Shown here one piece after another: positions 48,515 to 61,110 of a stretch of DNA of 64,000 nt (positions are counted from its first letter, which is position 1; the number at the start of each line of letters is the position of its first letter). A program made the translations under genes and the position numbers. Origin of the DNA: the human T2T-CHM13v2.0 reference genome, Homo sapiens; NCBI RefSeq assembly GCF_009914755.1, contig NC_060926.1, one strand, 5' to 3'. Under the pieces are notes generated by a model. The model did not search any database, was not told where the DNA came from, and saw only the letters and a program-made list of their open reading frames with translations.

Positions 48515-48770
48515 GAGACAGAGTAGCATGATGCTTAGCAATGCAAACTCCAGAGCTGGACTGGGCTCAGATCCCAGCTCCTTTACAAAATAAGTTGTAT
48601 GACCCGAGGCAAATCACTCAGGCCCTCAGCCTCAGCTTTCTTGGGTTTAGGTAGGGCTAAGCATACTGCCTACCTCATGCATTTCTCATAAAGATGAAAT
48701 GAGGAAATCCATATAAAACACTTACGATAGCACCAGGGACACAGTCAACTCCCCATAAATGTCAGTAAGT
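48515..48770 (+). mobile_element. MIR, near full length
   Basis: GTAGCATGATGCTTAG...CTCAGATCCCAGCTC...CCTACCTCAT...ATAAATGTCAG. Confidence 0.8.
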
Positions 48771-49599
48771 GAGAGGGTGAAAGAGGAAAACCCCTTCAAC
48801 AGAGCAACTGCTTCTGAGGCCTTGCATTCTGGTGAAGGTGTTAGATAAGGGAAGGCATCATGTTCAGTTGTTGCTCAGAGGTCAGAGGACAACACAGGGC
48901 AAGGTTCCTCTGTATGAAGGTTCTGGGAAGGCTTCAGGGAGTAGGTAGTATTGGAATGGGACCTTACAGCAGGTTGTGTCACCCTGATGAGGGGCCACCC
49001 AGATTATCAAGGCATGGCAAACAAGGGGAATGTCACCAGCGTGGGCCTGCCACTTCTGCAGCTTGTCCACAGAGCCACCCCACCCACCATCCCTTCTCCC
49101 CACTGTCTGCGCCTAGTGCCACAGTCCAGCCACCTCCCCAGGTGCTGCAATGGCCCTGGGCCCTCCTCACCACTTTCATTCTCCCTTATCTCTGAGAATG
49201 CTCCTCCCTAGCTCCTTCATTTGCAAAATAACTAAAAGTCCCTCTTGAAATTCCCTAGTGATCATTGATGGTTTTGTCAGGTCATAGAGGAGAGGCTGTT
49301 AGATCAGCTGGTTAAGGGGTTTCCAGTTAAGCTCACCATTAACATGTTTCCTGAGCCCCCAGGGATAGAGCACGCTTTGGAGCAAACCTCTTCCCTACTC
49401 TCAGTTCTGTGGAGACTCTGAGGTCCCTTACTGCCATCCAGAAAAGAGAGGTACAATAATTCAATCAGCTCTATTGATGAATCGCCTAAGTGCCACTGGC
49501 TTAGCCTTCATGGGCATGGCTCTGATGTGACAGTCCCCTGGGCACTTCTTTTAAAGCCCATCAACTTCCCTTTCACCTGATTGTTCATCTCAGTGTCTC

Positions 49600-50480
49600 T
49601 TGATCTCGTCCTATGCAAGGCACTATGAGTAATAGGAGATGAGTCCCCATTCTCCAAGAGCTTGAGTCCTATGGACAGAGCTGTGGCAAATCCTCCAATA
49701 AGTATAACTATTTGAATGTAGGAAGTGTCATAAGGTGGGAAAGAAACTAACATTCTCAGTGCACTTGCCAAATGCCAGATGTTAGGCTGAGAGTTCTCAC
49801 CTAATTTATCTCATGACCCTGCATATCAAACTTGTGAGGTAAGTATGTATTCATATATCGCCATTGTCTGAGGAAAGTGAAAATCAGAGGAGTTAAGCAA
49901 GTTGCCTGAAGTCACACAGCATACGACAGCTGAGCTTTAAACCCAGGTCTGTGTGACTTTTGCTAATAAACTGGTTGCCTCTCCATAATGTGCATGTAAA
50001 ATTGAGAAGGAGAAAGGAGAAGCACCCAGGGCTGCAATGAGCAGAGAAAGCTTTTTAAAGGAGCTGAGACTTGTTCTGGATGGACGAGGTGAACTGAATG
50101 ATGATGGGTGGAGACCGGGGGTGACAGAGGAGAAGTGCCAGGAAATGGGGAGAACAGAAACAGAGACAAGGGACTGAGAAGCACTGGACATCTAACAGTG
50201 GCCATGTGAAGCCCGCTGGGGTGGAAGGAGGCTTCCCACCTGGTAGATAGGGTTGAAAGGGCTCCGGGGGGCCTGATCGGGAGGGTCTGACCAATTTGGC
50301 TAATTGTACAGTACTTTCTTCTGGATGCAGTAGGGAGCCACTGAAGTCTTGTAACCAGAAGAACAATGTGATGGAAATAGCCCCTTGGGAAAATCACCTT
50401 GGCTGGGCTTTGTCGGGTTGGTGAGCAAAGGCTAGGGGAAGAAATGCCACTTCAAAGAGACTGTTAGAATTATCCCATAG
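49600..50480 (-). mobile_element. L2 fragments
   Basis: ATGCAAGGCACTATG...CAAGAGCTTGAGTC before the MIR; GCAGTAGGGAGCCACTGAAG...GGAAAATCACCTTGGCTG after it. Confidence 0.6.
49745..49965 (-). mobile_element. MIR nested within an L2
   Basis: GAGTTAAGCAAGTTGCCTGAAGTCACACAGC...TTTAAACCCAGGTCTGTGTGAC. Confidence 0.8.
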
Positions 50481-52219
50481 TAACAGCAGGTTTTTAAAAC
50501 TTTTTTCAAGGTTATGAACTGACAGCGTTTTCAATGTTTTTTTTTTAAGTCTAAACTATATTTTTTTAAGTATGATTTTTCCAAATGTCAGGAAAAACAA
50601 TCCATGTTAACCTCTAACTGTGAAACAATTATAGAAGCAGCAAAGCATCTTACTCTTGCCCAAACTGCAATAAAATATAGTTCTTGGTTCAAGAAGTCAG
50701 GACAAGGAGTGACTTCTGAACCAGCCTTCCACTTAGCAATGCAGTTTTCTGCTCAAGAAATTCATAGTCCTCCTTTACTGGATCTATTTTAATAGCATAA
50801 TGAGGGCTGTGCAACCCAGCCCTCCGACATTCCCTGAGAGTGCACCCCTAAGTGTCTCAAGATGTCTGAGGAACATCAAAGAAAAGGAGAATTATTCTTT
50901 GAATATACCATAGGATACAAATCCTGATATCCCACTGCTGGAAACAAAAACCCAAGACAGCTCCCGCAGTGCCAGTAAAAAATATGGACTCAGAAGATTA
51001 ACTGGCTCCAATGCTACAGCGCTTTAGCCAACCGTAACCTGGCATTTTACATTAAAGGAAGAAAAAGATGCCTTTATTAATGCTGCTTGCCAAATTTCCC
51101 ATGAGGCCTGAGGAAGGACTCACTTTGGCCTTCCTCTTCTCAGAGCTTCTTGCTAAAAACTGCTCTCTCCTGTTTAAAGTAAGGCCAACCTGGGGTGTCT
51201 GAAGAAGGCTCCCCCTGGAAAATGAAAAGGCTACCTTTGGCCAAACCATTTAACTCCTTGTTACTTCCATGCTGCTTACCGGGCTAAGCACAATGGGCTG
51301 GGCCTCAGAACTTCCCAGAGAGCTTCCCTGCCCATGAGTTCATCCTGCCCCCATGCTGTCCCCACAGGGCAGAGGGAAGAAAAGATATGACAGAGATTAT
51401 TTTACAGCTGAAGCATCTGAGTCATGGAATCACTGCTGTCGAGATGTTTATAGAAACATCAAGAAGAATAATATCCTTTGGCATGAGCTTGAGGGAGGCC
51501 ATGCATCTCTGGCTTCAGCTGGAAGATAGCTCCAACCATCCCGTTTTTAGAGATGGATACCAGAGTCAGAGTAAAGCTGAACACTCTGCCATTCCTACTG
51601 CTGCTGGCAAAGCTCTGTTGAGGTCCAGGACTTCCACTCACTCCCATGGGACTCCCATGCTGAGTCCCGCAGCCTTGGATGACACAATTGGCCTCACCCA
51701 GTCAGCAAATCTTTCTGAATAGCTACCATGCACCAACTTTCCAAGAACACGTGTTGTGGGCAAACAGATGTTCCCAAGTCAAAAAGATGAGTAAATTTAT
51801 TTAAAAGAAAATATACTTTTTAAAAAGTAAGTGGACCAAATAACACAGAGTTACCTTTAATGTGAACCCCATTTTCTAGACGCCCAAATTCTGAAGTGCT
51901 ACCTTGGGACCCCAAGCCTTCCCACCTACTATGACACATATACACACCTCAACCCTGTCCCTTTCAGTGGGACACAGTGATGGCCCAGCTCTTACACTGT
52001 GGATGCCACTGGAAGTGAAGCAGGAAGGCCCAGGGCACCCAAGGTCAATAGTGTCCTTGAACCTCACAGCCTCCTGCTGGCACCCTCTTCTGAGTGAATC
52101 CTCTCAACCCCGCTCCTTTCCCCGTTCTTTCTCCCCTTGCATTCCTATGGCATTCAACTTTCCCTCTGGAGGTAAGCATGGAGCTTCACTCTATCCCATC
52201 TCCCTTACTGTCTGCATCA

Positions 52220-52326
52220 TATCCAGTTGAACTCTTTACTGGGCCTGCTCTGAGCTCAAGGGCAGGGACTGCCTTGTCCATCTTTACATCCTAATGAGAG
52301 GAAGACACAAGGAGATGCTCCATAAA
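52220..52326 (+). mobile_element. L2 3' end
   Basis: TGAGCTCAAGGGCAGGGACTGCCTTGTCCATCTTTACATCC...GATGCTCCATAAA. Confidence 0.7.
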
Positions 52327-52450
52327 GGAAGGAAGGAAGGAACGAAGGAAGGAAGGAACGAAGGAAGGAAGGAAGGAAGGAAGGAAAGAAGGAAGGAAGG
52401 GAGGAATGATGGATGGATGGATAGATGGATGGATGGATGGATGGATGGAT
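52327..52450 (+). repeat. Compound (GGAA)n-(GGAT)n microsatellite
   Basis: 20 tetramers at 52327-52406 (16 perfect GGAA), then (GGAT)n to 52450. Confidence 0.97.
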
Positions 52451-54506
52451 GTGTGTTTACATGGATGAAGCAATTGATGGGCAGATGAATGAATGTATGG
52501 CTGAATTCCCATAGTAACACTTAGGCCCTTATGGCCAGAAAGTTGACTCCCCTGGATTCTATTCAGAGGTGTATGTCCTGTCTGAATCAAAAGGCCATCC
52601 CCAGAATGTCACAAATACCCCTTAACTTTGCCATGGTAGCAGCTTAGGGAGGGGAACATCTAGTGCTACCTCTGTGAAAACAGCCCAGAACAGGTCCAGC
52701 TGTGCTCTCAAGCAAGTGCAGTCTTTCTGTTTGGGAGTTGAGTCTCCTCCAGAATCATCTTCCAGGCCCTCTCCCACCCACTTTGCATCAGGATCCTAGA
52801 CTCAGGTCAGTGCTCACCACAACTGTGGACATCAAAACAGGCCCACCCCCTACAACCCCTTCCTCTCCCCCAATCCTCCAAGAATAAAGAAATCTGATTT
52901 TGGAGGGAGCATGTCTTTTCCCAAGTCTGAGCTGGAAATTTTCCTGTAAAAGTGACCAGTAAAAATAGAGCTGCCCTCAAGAGTAACCACTAGACCCCAA
53001 TGATGGATACCGACATGGAAGATACTGCTCGTGTGGGGAACACCAAACCTATTCCTCACTCTGGCTCAACCTGCCAAGTATCAGGGCAGGGAAAGAGTGG
53101 ACATTTTCACTCACTAAAGGCATCTCCTGGAACTTCCCCAAATCACTGGAGGGGCACCTAACAATGCCAAAGACACAGTTCCCAATCTGATCATCTCCAA
53201 ATCCAAGAGTAGTGTCATGAGTCTCTTACAGACCTCCCAGTCCACATGCCCATTGTACAGACAGGGAAGCCAAGACCAGGGAGTGCCAAGTCTCCTGCTT
53301 CTCAGCCCATGCTCTTTTCCCCTGCCAGCCCGCTGAACCTACATGTGGCTTTCCATGTGGGAATCACCAATGGTCAGGGGCTGGGGCTAGGAGCGTGGAG
53401 AGTCTCCAGAAGGCTACCATTACCAAGCATGGGCTTCCTGCTGAGGCCACTGAGTGGAGGAAATAATAATGGAGATTGAAAGGCGTTCTGCATTTGACCT
53501 TCTGCAACCCTGCCGTTTTTCAGTAGAACCCGATAGGGATCAGTCACATCTGCTCTCAATAGCAAATGTAAAAAATGACCTGCAGTTTTAAGGTCTGAAA
53601 AACATAAACTTGTGTTAAAAGACTGACAAAAAAAATTCATGCACTCAATAGCATGATGTCATTCAACTGCACACACATTGCAATAACAATCGTCCATCAG
53701 AGCCCATGCCCTAGACCTGAGCTCTCCCCTCCTGGGAATCATAAGCGGCTCTGGTCGCCCGGCATGTCAGCCATGCAGCTGGTCACATAGTGCAGGGAGC
53801 CTGCCCGCCTGTGTAATCAGGGCTCGGCTGCTAGGCTGGACTAGGCCCAGAGCTATACTGAGTATCAACTTACCTCACTCTCCACCTCAGACACTCGGGT
53901 GAGCTGCAGGAAGGTTGATGGGAAGCACATTCTGGGAAGCCCAGAACAAACTCAGGGATCTGGGGAGCAGCCTGGAGCTGGCCAGAGGTCAACAGGCCTT
54001 TAGAAGTTAAGCAACTCCTCATTAGCAACGTGGGTGAGGTCCTCCGGGCCATTACTCTGCTGTGTGTGGACGCCAAGCAGAATGCTCTTCAGGCTAACCC
54101 AATATGCTGACTGCTCCGTGGAAGTCCAGGAATGCCACCTCTATCCCCATGCACCTCTGCCTTCCCTCACCTGCACCCCTTCACTCTATCATCTGGGCTG
54201 CATCAGGGGCCCTGGCTGTGATGGAAACTCAGGAAGGGAAGCTTAGGGGATCCCAGATAGCTCATTAGATTAGCTCCAGTGATCTCCATCCTGTAACATC
54301 CCACACTTGTCATCAGCAAGCAATGACCCCAGAAGAAGTCGACCTCTCAGCCCTCAGGAGCTCACAGCCTAGATAGGGAAATAAGACTCACTCAAAGCAC
54401 GGGTGTCTGGGGCTCAAGTGCCATAGAAACCAGAAGAGGCAGTGTGGAGCGCTACAAGTGGAGAGAAAATTTTCGAATTTCAGACCCTAACAACCCTATT
54501 ATTGGA

Positions 54507-54795
54507 TTTATTTTTTATTTTTATTTTTTTGTTCCATCGCCCATGCTGGAGTGCAATGGCGTGATCTCACTGCAACCTCTGCCTTCCAGGTTCAAGCAAT
54601 TCTCGTGCCTCAGCCTCCTGAGTAGCTGGGATTACAGGCGTGTGCCACCATGCCTAATTTTTGTATATTTAGTTAAGTAGAGACGGGGTTTCACCATGTT
54701 GGCCAGGCTGGTCTCGGGTTCCTGACCTCAGGTAATCCACCCCCATCGACCTCCCAAAGTGCTGGGATTACAGGCATGAGCCACCGCGCCCAGCC
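54507..54795 (-). mobile_element. AluS (Sq/Sx-like) with small deletions
   Basis: GAGTGCAATGGCG...CCTGACCTCAGGT...CCACCGCGCCCAGCC. Confidence 0.93.
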
Positions 54796-55289
54796 TGGAG
54801 TAATTTATTAAGCTGAACAATGCTTTATTCTTTCCTCAATTCTAAGTCATAACCCATGGTGGGCAATGGCCATATACACTCATTTGATTTCTTATCAAGA
54901 TGGAGACAAAGAGAACCAGCATTCTTTAAGCACCTACTATGCGTCACATACCAGGTTGGGCACCTTCACATCCATGTCCTGCTTCAGTGTTCCTGCCTAG
55001 GCAGTCAGACAGTGAGGTGAAACATGGAAGTCTTGGCAGGTTCACGAGGCAGCTTGTAGTAGGTACCTTTGTTTCTGCTCCACCTGCAAAACTCCCTTAT
55101 GCTTCCCAAGGTGAGCAGAGCTCAGCCAGTCCCTAATAGACAGCAGAGCAAGTTCTGTGCTACCTACTATTCCACCCAGTAGAGTTTGTCTGGTAACACA
55201 AATAATCTCTTAGCCTCAAAGATTCCCTATTAAAATGGATCTTCAGCAGCAGGGTGGTTTATTTGCTGTGGAGTACAGTCCAAGCTGTT

Positions 55290-55500
55290 GGTTCATTAAA
55301 TATGAGGATACTAAGGTGACTAAAACATGGCCCCTATCTTCAAATGGCTCATTAAGTTATTAGGAGAAAAACCTGCAAACAAACAAGAGTCCCATTGTGC
55401 AGATGCTAAGAGAGACATTTGTGCAGAGAATTTTAGGGATACAAAGGAGAGGGTGACTAGTTCTACCTGGAGGCAGCAGAAACTTTTATGGTGGCCCTTG
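55290..55500 (-). mobile_element. L2 fragment
   Basis: GAGGATACTAAGGTGACTAAAACATGGCCCCT...GGAGAGGGTGACTAGTTCTACCTGG. Confidence 0.55.
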
Positions 55501-57139
55501 AATTGTCTTTAAGCTCCCTTGGGTGCTAAATGCCTGTGGGAGTCAGGGCTGAATAAGGCATGGTCCTTGTGCCCAGGCTCCACTCTCACTGGAGAGACAA
55601 TGCTAACTCATCCCAGAAAAGTAAGAGGTCAGCTGGGGAAAACCAACGGAAGATACTGCTGGATGCCAAAGTAGGGAGACAGCAAAAGACTGACACTAGT
55701 AAGGTGACAGTATTATTGCTGAAAAGGTAGGAGAAACTTTCTAGAAGTGACGTGGGTTAGGCCTCCGTGAGGTTTGAATGATAAGAACTGAGAAGGCAAG
55801 GCACACAAAGAAAGACTAAATTGAACATCGACACGGGAACAGCACGAACTGGCTTCCGTAGGGCCAGTCATGGAACCATAGTATAGGCCCCAGGTCTGTT
55901 CTCAGCTTCCAGGCTCAGGTTGCCTGGCAAAGCTCAGGGTTTGCCCTCCTGTCCTGAGCCCTCCTCAGTGGCAAGCAGCCTTCAGTGATAAACTGGAGCT
56001 GAGCTCTGCCCATGCTTCAAGGGGAGCTCAGGGGCCGTGGAGGCTTCCCCAAATTTGGATTAAAAAAACAGCTATTCACGGCCTCCTCCACAGGATACAT
56101 AGCTTCCCTCTAAGTCAGCAGGAACCCATCACTAAGGCTATGAGAAAATAAACAAAGGGAATCCGATTTCAAGGGACACTCAGCCTCCAAAAAGAAGAAC
56201 AGCACGATCAGACGGATCCTTCCCCTCCGGGGCAAGCTAGTTGTGGGGAATCTCACAGCTATGGTTCCAGCAGAATTAGGAGCAGTTGCTGCCAATAATG
56301 GAGCAATAGTATCATGCTTGGGGTTCCCTGGGGACACTCCAGCACGGGGAGCGAAGGCGTGTGTCACTGGAAACCGAAAAGAGAAGCCAGAGGACTCCAG
56401 CCTTGCCGTGACCCAAGGGCTCGAGCCAACAAACATGTCTCTCCTGAACCTGGGGCCCCCCTCTATAGATCTCATCAGAGTCAACTGGTACCTGAATACC
56501 AACTGCCCTGCTTGTGAAATGTCTGTGCTATACATGGACAAGCAAGCTTCCCTTTACTATTTTTTGGTGGAGTCTACACTGTAGGCAAGAACCCCCAGTG
56601 TTCTTAAGCCTCAAAGGGGCTATTTTGCTACAAGGTTGTACAGCATCTGCGTTGGTGACAAAGCACAGACTTAGGGCTGTTTTGGAGGCTGGATGGGTTC
56701 TTAAAAAGAAAACAAGAAAAACACAAAACCCATCAAAGCCACTAGAAGAGGAGGAGTTGCTGAACCTAAGAAGAGTGTTTGGCAGAGCTACCAGCTGGCC
56801 TGGGAATGACGTGTTGGCCTCAGAGTTTCCCTGTTGAGGCAGAACTTGAACAGCATGTAGAGTATGGTTCAAGCTGTCAGTTCATTAAATGTGGGGATGC
56901 CATGGTCACTAAAACACAGCCTCTGTCCTTAAATGGCTCATGAGTTATTAGAAGGAGAAAAGAAAGAAGCTCAGATGGCTTAACAAGTTCAAATCTAGTA
57001 GCAAGGCTGATACCCTGTTAACCTCTCTAATCCACAGAGGACTCACAAATGGTAACAACATCAAAGAGCAACAAGGGAACTCAGAAATGCAGAGGGATGA
57101 AAGGCTCCCCGGCTCTAAGAGAGTGGGACGTTGTAAATG

Positions 57140-57320
57140 GTGAGAGCCCAGTTCTCACAACCAGGGAACGTGAGTTGTGCCCCTAGCTCTGCCAATGACC
57201 TACTGTAGAACATGGGGAGAAGTCCCTTCCCTTCTATGGTCCCGATTTCTATGTCTGTGTAATGATAGGCTTGGCTTGGATGATTACTGAGGGCCTGCTC
57301 AGTGCCAATCTATGAGTCTG
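57140..57320 (+). mobile_element. MIR3/MIRc
   Basis: CCCTAGCTCTGCCAATGAC...AAGTCCCTTCCCTTCT...TTGGATGAT. Confidence 0.65.
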
Positions 57321-57461
57321 CTGCTTAGGCCAGAACAGTGTCAACAAATCTGCTAGCAGATCGGAAGAATTGTCCTATGCCCAGCCCTGTCTAACTCATG
57401 CCATCAAGTTCCATGAAAGTTTGTGTCTGTAAGTTACTCCTAAGCCTAGGGATTTCTGGTG

Positions 57462-57609
57462 ACATAGATATAAACTAGAGTTAGACTTAGAAGTAGATTT
57501 AGATACAGATGAGATATAGACACAGACTGGAGATATAGGTATATGTGTATAGATCTACATATATAGATACATACGTACGTGTGTGTGTGTGTGTGTGTGT
57601 ATGTGTGTG
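57462..57609 (+). repeat. (TAGA/TA)-rich low-complexity tract plus (GT)11
   Basis: Read directly from the sequence. Confidence 0.9.
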
Positions 57610-58014
57610 ATCTCCCCACTAAGCACCTTTCCTTTCGTGAGGGACACAGACATGGAGCCACTGATTTTATCTGAGTTCATGTCCTACATTTAGTGCACTA
57701 AAGCCCTCCCCATTCCTCAAAGCCCATCTCAAGAACCTCCTCCTCCAAGGAGCCTTCCTTGATCTCAAAGAGATGATCACTCCCGTTTAAATTACTGAAA
57801 GTTACGTTTTGGGCCATACACGACCGAATTATAACAACTACTTAATTAATTATTGCATAGGAAAGCACTCCCACAAGGCAGATAAATTGTTTTTCAATTT
57901 ACACAGAGGTTGCCAAGGACACCTGGGCTTCAGACCGCCCTCGTGGAAATGCAGGTGGATCAGCCTGCTTCTCGTAGCAGAAGAGGCACTCAGCAAATGC
58001 TTGTCTATAGGGTT

Positions 58015-59420
58015 TGCCCAACAAAAACTGAACTTTGGCCCACACCTCATACCATACACAAAAAATAACTCAACAATTTTTTTACAAACCTAAATGAAAA
58101 AGCTAAAACCCTCAAGAAAATATAGGATAATATCTTTAGGACTGGAGAGTAGGCAAAGATTTCTTATGCAGAGCAGAAAAAGTGGTTACCACAGAAAAAA
58201 ACTGATAAACTACAGCCTGGGGAATATGGTGAAACCCCATCTCTACAAAAAATACCAAAAAAAAAATAGCCATGGTGGTATGTGCCTGTGGTCCCAGCTA
58301 CTCAGGAGGCTGAGGTGGGAGGATCACCTGAGCCTGGGGAGGCAGAGGCTGCAATTAACTACTGCACTGATCATGCCACTGCACTCCAGCCTGGGCAACA
58401 TAAGTGAGACCCCATCTCAAAAAGAAAAAATTGATAAACTGGACTTCTGCTCACTAAAAGGCACATAAAAATGAAAAAAAATAAGCCACAAGAAAATATT
58501 TACAATACATATATCCAGTTAAGAATTAGAATCCAAATTATATTTTTTAATTCCCATAAATCAATTTTTAAAAGAGCCTAAAAATGAAAAAAGGCTTAGA
58601 TGAACACTTTACAAAAAAGAAATCCCAATGGCCAATAAACATATAAAAAGATATTTGACATCATTAGTAATCAGGTAAATACAAATTAGAACCATAACGA
58701 GTTACAACTACACACCCACTATAATGGTTCACATTGAGAGGACTATCAATATCAAATGTTGGAAAGGAACTTCCATACTTGGCTGGTAGAAGTATAAGAT
58801 GGTACAACCACTTTGGAAAGTTGTATGGCAACTTCTTATAAAGTAAAACATACACTTACTTCATGATCCAGAAATTTCACTCCTACGTAATTACCCAAAA
58901 GAAATAAAAACATGTGTCCACAAAAGACTTATATATTAATCCTCCCAGCATCATTATTCATAAAAGCTCCAAATTTGAAATACCCCCAAAGTTCTTCAAA
59001 GGGAAAATGGATAAAGAAAGCAAGGGTAAGACCCATATAATGATATAGCAGGTAACAATAAAAAGGAATGATGACAGATACACAAAAACAACATGATAAA
59101 TCCCAAAAATATTATGCTCAGCAAAAGGAACCAAGGAGAAAAAAGAGTTCATATTGTTTGATCCAACTTTTTTTTTACAAATTCAAGACCAGGCAAAATG
59201 AATCTATGAGGATGGTATTCAAAATAGTGGAGTTTTTTTTTTCTGTAGAGAAAGAGAAATTAGAGGAAAATGACATGGGGAATTTTCTCAAGTAATGAAA
59301 ATGCTTTCTATCTTAATTGGACTATTGGTTACATTGGGATATACAGTTGGTAAAGCTCATTGAATGTGCATTAAGTTCTGTGCATTTTATAGTATGTAAT
59401 TATACTTCAATTAAATGTAA
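58015..59420 (+). mobile_element. L1M (L1ME-type) ORF2 end and 3' UTR
   Basis: ACCTCATACCATACACAAAAAATAACTCAA, ATGGCCAATAAACATATAAAAAGAT, GGTACAACCACTTTGGAAA; 3' end TGTGCATTTTATAGTATGTAATTATACTTCAAT. Confidence 0.9.
58212..58424 (+). mobile_element. 5'-truncated AluJ inserted in the L1
   Basis: CAGCCTGGGGAATATGGTGAAACCCC...GAGACCCCATCTC. TSD AAAAAA(C/T)TGATAAACT at 58196-58211 and 58425-58440. Confidence 0.92.
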
Positions 59421-59598
59421 AGGAATAATTAAAAATAAAATAATCCACTCAAGTATTATTTATAAATGCCTTCTCTGTACCAAACCTTGGGCTAAGGGCT
59501 GGGATGTGGCCCTGAATAAGATGCATCCCCTATCTCAAGAAGAATGAATGGGAAAGCACCCCTGTGATATTTCAGCATCCTAGTGACTGAGGCTTTGT

Positions 59599-59599
<1 letters not shown>

Positions 59600-59633
<34 letters not shown>
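59600..59633 (+). repeat. (CA)17 microsatellite
   Basis: Read directly from the sequence. Confidence 0.97.
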
Positions 59634-59636
<3 letters not shown>

Positions 59637-60319
59637 CAGAAGCAGTGGAGGCTTCTCCCTTGCTACTCTGGGTCTCTGATGTATGGCAATGCATAAACAT
59701 TTGGGTCAAAAGGAACCCCCTCCCCGCCCCCCCCCCCCACACACACACACAGAACTACTACCTGCCCAAAGTATCCTGAACAAAGAAGCTTCTAGAATTA
59801 GTCTTCAAGGTCAGAAGCAACCAAACTCTAGCATCATGCCCAGAGTCCTGAAGCAAGACCCCTGCCTTTCTTCCCAGGGAAGGTACAAGCTCTTCTCCTT
59901 GGGGTTTGAGCCTTGCCTGCAGTGCTAGAGAGGCCACGGGAAGAGGGAAGGGAGGGCCCTTGACCTGCTGGCCCCCAGCTCCCCACCTACCCCTCCAGGG
60001 AGAGGAGAAATCCAAACAAAAGCCCATTCTCACAGGCAGCCTTTCCAAGAAAAACCAAGTTCTAGAGATGCCGGGTCTGGTGTGAATAAGGGAAAAATGC
60101 AAAAATCCAAAAGGCAAGGTCCAAGAAACATTTCTCCCACTGAGTGTGCTATGAAAAGAAAGGGCACAAAGAGGTGGATGGGAAGGAACTCCAGGGTACC
60201 CACAGCCAGTATGGGGGTTGACCTCCAGCCACCATTAATTTTCCTGAACAGAATCTGATTTTCAGTGACCCAGGAAGTGCCCCATGACTTTCAAAATGTT
60301 AAATCCTACAAGAAGGAAC

Positions 60320-60710
60320 CTCTTATTTCTGAGCTTTGATTACTCATTTGTCAAAAGAGAATAACAACCCCCACCCTACCCACTTCACAGGAGTGAGGTG
60401 GGGCCCCATAAGGAGGAAACAAGCTCTGAGACACCATAGGCCTTGCCCTTGGCCAATGTGGAGCGTGTCTCACTGCCTGTTAGGATATTTGTATTTTATA
60501 AAGAGAGGAGCATGGGTTAGAATTCTGGCTTCACACACGCTGTGTGAATTTGGAAAAATAACTATTTCTCTGAGCCAACTTCCTCATCTGTAGAATGAGA
60601 AAGTTGATAGCTCTCTTGAAGTTTGAGCAAAGATTAGAAAAATGTCTATACAGCCTTTAGGAGAATATCTAGCATATAGAGAGCATTCAGTAAATGGGAG
60701 TTGTTATAAT
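60320..60710 (+). mobile_element. Two MIR fragments
   Basis: TCTCTGAGCCAACTTCCTCATCTGTAGAATGAG; TTCAGTAAATGGGAGTTGTTAT. Confidence 0.7.
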
Positions 60711-60859
60711 TCCTAACCATGAAAAAGAGATTCTACACACTCCTGCCTTTAGCCTTTAGAAAAGGGAAGTAGTAGAGCTCTTGGGTTGGCCAAATAAAAA
60801 CCACACACACGGGCACATACTTTTCTGAAAGAATTTATTAGGCATCCTGGGAGCATTAA

Positions 60860-61110
60860 GAGCTGCTACTATACACCGAGCCCTCTTCTAGGGTGGGCAC
60901 GGTGCTCAGCACTCTGGCTTGTGTTATGGCATTCACAGACACTGCAGGAGGTAGAGAGGATCCCATCTCCATTCTACAGAGCAGAGCGCTGTGACTCAGT
61001 GAGGTTACAGACATTGCTTGACTTCATACAACCAGAGAGCGGCAGAGGTAGCACACACATGTGGGACTGCCGGAGTCCAAAGCCCAGGCCCTCAGGGCTG
61101 CGGTGTGCCA
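60860..61110 (-). mobile_element. MIR
   Basis: GGCACGGTGCTCAGCAC...CTCCATTCTACAGA...CTCAGTGAGGTTA. Confidence 0.65.

Noticed and set aside
48092-48541. Poly-Val (membrane-like) and poly-Thr (mucin-like) ORFs
   Set aside because: Artefacts of the GTN triplet repeat; no splice or codon evidence.
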